DNA of 64,000 nt. Source: Camelus ferus. Lineage: Eukaryota. The translations under genes were made by a program, and so were the position numbers. Below the pieces are notes generated by a model. That model had not been told where the DNA came from, did not search any database, and saw nothing but the letters and a program-made list of their open reading frames with translations. The DNA lies in NCBI RefSeq assembly GCF_009834535.1, contig NC_045710.1, positions 16,492,001-16,556,000 of the forward strand, given 5' to 3'. Each line of letters begins with the position of its first letter. Position 1 is the first letter of the stretch. Positions 58,351-64,000 of the stretch are shown piece after piece.

Positions 58351-60879
58351 CTTTACATGAAAGAAAATAATTTTGCATAATGTCTTAAATTATTTTTCAC
58401 ACAAAATAAAAATATAATAGAAGATCTTGTTCCTGGCAAGTTGAAGAAAAATTACATATTTCTTACACATTTAATCTTCTATAATTATATAGTTATTTTA
58501 CTGCAAAGAGATATTAGTAGGGGGTGTGGAGAAACTGTGGGGATCAAGGCAGATGGAGAAAATCAATTAATCAATCAATCAGTCAAGAAAGAAATATTGG
58601 ACACACAGATCAAGCTGGGGAGTATGACTAACGATTTCTCACACTCTCAAATTTCTTCCTTTCAGCCAACCTCTGAGTCTCAAGAAAAAAGGGGGAAAAC
58701 CTGAAATGGAACTATTCAGAAAACAAATCTAAAAATGGACTTGTTCAGAAAACACCTAAATGTCCTCCTCTTCTCTCCAGATTCTTCACAAGGACTGCTT
58801 TCCAGCTCTCACTCCCACTATTCTAGCTAATCCTTATCTTCAGGATTTAGGCATTGCTGTGGAAATAGGAAATGCTTCTGGACAGATTAGCTATTTCTTA
58901 TATTATCACTTAAAAGTCTTTGTCATCTGTTAGATAATAGAGCATTTTTCCTATACAGGGCCATGCTTCTGTACATGTTTCTCTGACGTCTGATGTAGCT
59001 GCAGCTTAGTTTCTAGCTGGTCACAATGACCTATGATCAGACTCAGCTGTTTTAGTATTAGAACTAATGCTCACCGTAGCTCTTCTGTGCATATATTTTT
59101 CATGATCTTACAAGAGGCAGAGCTGTCACCACTAAATTCAGCACCTTCTTCAAGCCTCCGTACACACTAACAGGGCAGTGGAGATTGTGACCAGATGCAT
59201 TCCTGAGATTTGGGGGCATTTATGCCCCACCAACGTGAAAGTCTTGGCTTCATTCCATATCTCTACTCCCATAATTCCTGGAGGAATTTGGAAATCTCGA
59301 ATAATTCCAACAACTAGAGAGCCACTTAGTCATCAACCCTTCCTCCTCATTTCCATAATATCTAATGCTTCATATTCCTGGTTCATTATCCCACGACAAG
59401 CTTCTCTCAACCCTTTGTAAACCCTCCCATACCCTTTATCACTTCACAGAGTGCTTCCTCTAACACCTCCTGTATCTGATAACTGACTCTCCTTTGAGGG
59501 GCATGCTTCTCTTGCAGTCCTTACTTAATTTCAACCAACATTCCTTTTCCCACCTCTGTAACTTTCCCTGACACTCTCCCATGCCTAGGATGACCCAATC
59601 TACCTTTACTTAAATTCCCATAGCATTATAAACACCACTATCAGAGTACTTACCACATATTTACTGGGATAAAGAAAAGACTAGAGAGTTAAAATTATAT
59701 AAAATTAAATTTTGGTAAAGTTTCTCACGTGGAAACTTGTGGATGAGAAACTGGTCCAGAGCCAGAAGATGCCTCAGAAGCTGGACTAAGGGCAAAGAGC
59801 CACATCTACAATGTGGAAACCTGACTATTACCAATAGCTTGGACCAAGAAAGCAACATAGCTGGACAAATGGCCAAGAAGTCGGGATATAGTACTAAGAC
59901 CCAGCTCCAGACCAATCCTACATCTGCTTCTGTTCTGATTCTTTCCCTCTACTAAAGTAGGATCATGTGTGAGGCTGATAAATGAAATGAAATGTGTCCT
60001 ACTAATATGGTCTGCTGGCCTGAAAGGAATTGTGAGCAGTAAAGAGATACCAAGATACTTGCATGTGACAACAGAAAATTCTGACACAGTGACTAGCTGT
60101 GGAGCCACTGCACAGTTCCCTTGTGCAATGTTAAGTGGCACAAATTAGGCAGCAAATAAAAGCCTTCTTCATTTGAACTTCACTGTCTCTACTTCTATAT
60201 TATTCTAGTATCTTTTGTTAGGGGGTCACAAAAGTAGAAGTCTTGGAGTAGAGAGTATTATAGCTATTTGTTTAGCTCTGAATCTCCTATAGAATTATGA
60301 GAAATCTAGGTGCAAAGGGTAACCCCGAGTCTACCTGCATCACAGCCAACTACGACCACTCAATAAAAACATGTTACAAGTGGCTACTTGAAGCCATTAA
60401 GAGAAGGGAACTGCTATATGGTAATGTGTCTTTCTTGCTTCCACAGTAACTATTAGGTTTTTCATGGACATTACTCATCTACTCTTCTCCAAGGCAAAGA
60501 AATGTCAGTTCACTGATATTTGTTAACTAATTATAATAATTTCTGACACTAGAGAACTTGGGAGAAACAGAGGAACATATTAGAAATAGTATCTTACTGA
60601 TAGAAAAAAGAATCATGCAAAGTCTCTAAATGGATGGTTCTATGATTCAGATACCACAGCTGTCTTACTTATTACTATATATGGAGGCAGCTGATATATC
60701 TCAGATATATACAAAGAGAACTGCACCAACCTGGCAGTTCTACATTCAGTATTTACCACGCCATAAAATTAAGTACTTGGTTTTTATGATTTTTCAGGAA
60801 ACAATAACAGATTTACTATGGAGAGAAATAATGAGTGCTTATTACCTGAAAAACATACTTGGCTCTATAGCTACATTGT

Positions 60880-61050
60880 TTTATTTATAATTCTCAGTCA
60901 CTTATGAGGTATGCATTAATGTTTCCATTTTTCAGATGGAAATACTGAGGTTTAGAAAAGTAAAGTGACTAAATCCAGGTCCTCCTTGGATAATCAGTAG
61001 CAAATCAAGAATTCTAATCCAGGTCTGACTCCAAAGTCCATATTTTTCAC
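60880..61050 (-). mobile_element. MIR
   Basis: cttatgaggtatgcattaatgtttccatttttcagatggaaatactgaggtttagaaaag. Confidence 0.7.
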
Positions 61051-61240
61051 TAATGGAACATAAAATTGGTTACTACAAACTCAATCCTTAAAAGAAAAAC
61101 TTCTAAAATTTATAATCTAATTAACATCTTAGGATAATCATTTTATTTCTCTTAAATTTTCATAGTAAAACTGAAGATATGGGCCACAAAATCAGAATTC
61201 TAATAGCAATCTAGCATAATAAATTTATCAGTGATATTAC

Positions 61241-61377
61241 CTTGTAGCCTCATCTTCTAGTTTCTTTTTCTGTATTAGCTCTGATCTTTTTCTTTCAATT
61301 TCCTTCAATTTGTCACGTTTGATCTTATAAAGCTGCTCAAGGGCTAACTGCTGTGTATTGTAGCTTTCTCTCAGTTC
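61241..61377 (-). CDS. ITSN2: ITSN2 exon, coiled coil ([45 protein letters not shown])
   Basis: ctccttag acceptor, AG|gtaata donor, 137 nt. The most 5' ITSN2 exon found in the window. Confidence 0.96.
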
Positions 61378-62199
61378 CTAAGGAGACAATAAAAAGAAGT
61401 CAATATGCCATTGATTGAAAAATCTTTGTCTTATGTAAAAATGTGACATTTGCATTAAATGATAAAAATCCTAAAGCAAGTGAAACTACAGCAAAAAAAT
61501 GAAAAGTTTTAAAAAACATCTGGATGATTTAAAAAATCTTGACTATAGCAAGTATTTAAGGTATGTAGCCACTGAGGACAAATACATGTTAAAATCATCT
61601 ATTTTTGTACTAATTCATTTCTAAGGAACATAAAATCTTTCATAATTCTTTGACTTGGTACTTCATTTTCAATAAAAAAGCAATCCATTAAAAAAAGGGG
61701 GGAAACAATGTGCTTCTCATAACATTTGAAGAGGAATTTTGCTTAATCATATATTTAACATATGCAGTTTAACCAGGTTACCCATAATTTTTATTCAATA
61801 AGATCCTGAACTAAACACAGAAGCAATTACTAAATAATTCAATAACTATTCAATATTAATTTAATTTAAATACTAATTAAATATATTAAATAAGTCAATA
61901 ACTAAAAGTGGAAAAGATAATGTCTACCTAAAACGACATCTAGAATGAGCCAAAATAACGAAAAGTATTCCAAACAGGAATTAAAATAAACAACTGTTTA
62001 TTGAGCACCTAGTTCTGTGCAAAGTACTATAAAGATTCACAGGGGATCCAATCCAAAACCATCTGACTCCTAAATCTATATATATAGTCTTTGCCTTCAA
62101 AGAGTTTATAATCTCAAAGTAGAGAAAAGTGCCAAAATCTGGGATACAATTAAGTGTCTTAGCAGAAACTTGTAATAATCTGTTCAGCATTTTCTTGCC

Positions 62200-62706
62200 C
62201 TCTTCTTCTAACAGCACCTTTCCTCCTTTTAGGAAACTGATTTACCCCCACCCTTCTGTGTGGTTTTTCTGAGTGTCAAATTCACTTCTCCTGCCACTTC
62301 CACCCAAGTGTAGTCACTTGATCTAAACATCACAGCACCTCATCTCCCTGGCTCAAAGGACATGCACATATCTGAGCTGGGCCAGAATCCCCTCCTGCAA
62401 TTCAGATATTTTAAAGACCAGAGAAAGAAGTTTTTCTTTCTCTAAGCTCATTAAATTGGGATAAGGCAAACTTGGAGCTGCCCCACTTCCTGGTGAGGCC
62501 ATTAGGGGTAGGAATGAAGTCAGCACAGGAAAGCGAGGAGAAGGAGCACAGGGAAACAGAATCTCCAAATTCATTTCTGTGTCTAGGAACTGCCCCTTCT
62601 ATTGCTTCAGTCAGTGGTCCTAGTACTCTTCCAATAACCACTCTTTTTAGCTTAACTATTCTGAAGTGAGTTTCTTTTACTTGGAATCTATAGAATCCTG
62701 AACAAG
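62200..62706 (+). mobile_element. Old MaLR LTR (MLT1H/J/K-like)
   Basis: gtagtcacttgatctaa, catatctgagctgggccagaatc, and an MLT-type 3' end (gagtttcttttacttggaatctatagaatcctgaacaa). Confidence 0.55.
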
Positions 62707-63175
62707 AGAGTAGAAAAAGGCTGGAATAAGGAAGATAAAAAACCTAAAAACAAACAAAAATCCCCACAAACCATAAACTAACCAAAAGAGGCTTCACAGC
62801 AAAGGTGAGAGCTAAGACAAGATTTGGATACAATGTTTTCGTAAAAGATGTTTTGGGGCATCTACCCCTACACAAAAACAAAAAACTCCAAATCAAATAC
62901 AAACAAGCACAACCCAAACTCCTTTTATTTTCAGAAATAAAATATTTTATATTTATTTAACTTGATTGAAATGGTAGATCTGTTCTGAGTAAATGTGGTA
63001 ATCAGAGACTAGGTCCAAAATGTCCGAGATCAAGACTGGCAGCTTTAGACAATAATAATACAAATACTGCATTCACAGCAAAGCTTCCACAGACCTCAGC
63101 TTCTATAGCTCTCTTTGTTGCACCTTTCTCTAAATTCTATTGAAAAGCAGAATACGGAGGTTACAATCTATGGAG

Positions 63176-63435
63176 AAGCAGTGTGGTTTAGTGATAAGGA
63201 CTCCAGGAGTACAGGCCTGGAATAAGACTGCCAAGATCTGAATCAGGCTCTGTCAGTGATAAGCTGAGCAATCTTAAGGAAGCTACTTTGCAATTTCCTC
63301 ATACGTAACATGGGGTTAATTATAGCACATGCCTACAATATTGTTGTGAGGACTGAATGGGTAGATACACATAAAGTGCTTACAACAGTGCAGGACAGAC
63401 AATAAATCCTCAATAAACATTAGCTATTATTATTG
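63176..63435 (+). mobile_element. MIR, near full length
   Basis: gcagtgtggtttagtgataaggact...ttgttgtgaggactgaatgg...ctcaataaacattagctattattatt. Confidence 0.8.
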
Positions 63436-64000
63436 GCTATAGTCATTAAAAAGGAGAATTATAAGTTTAAAAGGAGAGTAAAGAGGAGGCAAATTAATGT
63501 CTGATTTTAATTGGCTGCAAGGTTAGCCCTCTAACTTGTCCTATAAAATACTGCTCTGCTCCGTCTTCCTTCATTAGCCCAGTCCTCCAGTGTCTGAATT
63601 AATGAGTTTCCTTGTGCTCCCCAAGGCATTTCTGTGCATTCCTCTACCACAGTCAGAATATGTGACTTCTGACTGTATGACTATCTCTCTACTGGAGTGA
63701 GCTTCTTGACAATAGGACTGTCTTTCACCAAGAGAGACCCTGGTGCAATGAAGTTATTTAATTAGTATTTGCTGGATGAAAATACATAAATAATAGCCTA
63801 TGCATATTAATAAGATCTGAAGAGCACCAAAGGGGTTTCCAAGAAATATTTCCTCTGCATGACTACAATGATTCTAGAAATTCTTATCATTAGACTCATT
63901 CCTCTGGGTTAAGTCACACTCTCAGGATTATCAGTTAACTGAGAACAACAGTCTGCATTTATGAACATAACTGTTTTCAGTTTCAATACAATAAAAGATC

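Noticed and set aside
58106-58378. Lys-rich 90-aa ORF and the antisense Leu/Phe-rich ORF 58131-58325
   Set aside because: Alternative frames of the purine-rich ITSN2 coiled-coil exon.
59690-60130. Possible old ERVL-type LTR fragment; similar weak hints at 24880-25150, 19240-19560 and 22730-22860
   Set aside because: Too degenerate to assign by eye. RepeatMasker or Dfam is needed.
61378-64000. Next upstream ITSN2 exon, including the alternative 27-aa coiled-coil exon recalled from human
   Set aside because: No matching exon was found, so it presumably lies beyond the window.
1-64000. CRISPR arrays, operons, rRNA, snoRNA or miRNA hairpins, intact transposase or RT ORFs, processed pseudogenes
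   Set aside because: I recognised none. Small structured RNAs cannot be excluded without an Infernal/Rfam search.

Overview
Mammalian genomic DNA, probably a camelid (inferred from six copies of a tRNA-Ala-derived Vic-1-type SINE). Most of the window (about 6.0-64 kb, minus strand) is the 3' part of ITSN2 (intersectin 2). I traced 23 coding exons with GT-AG boundaries and consistent phase: the end of the coiled coil, SH3A-SH3E, then DH, PH and C2 to the stop at 6776-6778. One exon (SH3B) lies mostly in an N gap. The short-isoform terminal exon (about 33.2-36.4 kb) sits in the intron after SH3E and completes a split T|GA stop. The first ~4.2 kb holds the 3' end of the convergent gene FAM228A on the plus strand, including a probable terminal exon absent from the ORF track. 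The rest is ordinary intron with L1, L2, MIR, SINE, LTR and hAT/Tigger relics, plus three N gaps. I found no new gene system. The best leads are splicing-level: a 32-nt stop-containing microexon before the C2 exons, a 92-nt stop-containing exon just past the short-isoform poly(A) site, and an AG|GTAAG site in the intron after SH3B. All three are predictions from motifs, and pseudo-exons are common. Gene and repeat names and comparisons with human proteins come from recall, not database searches. Repeat boundaries are approximate.
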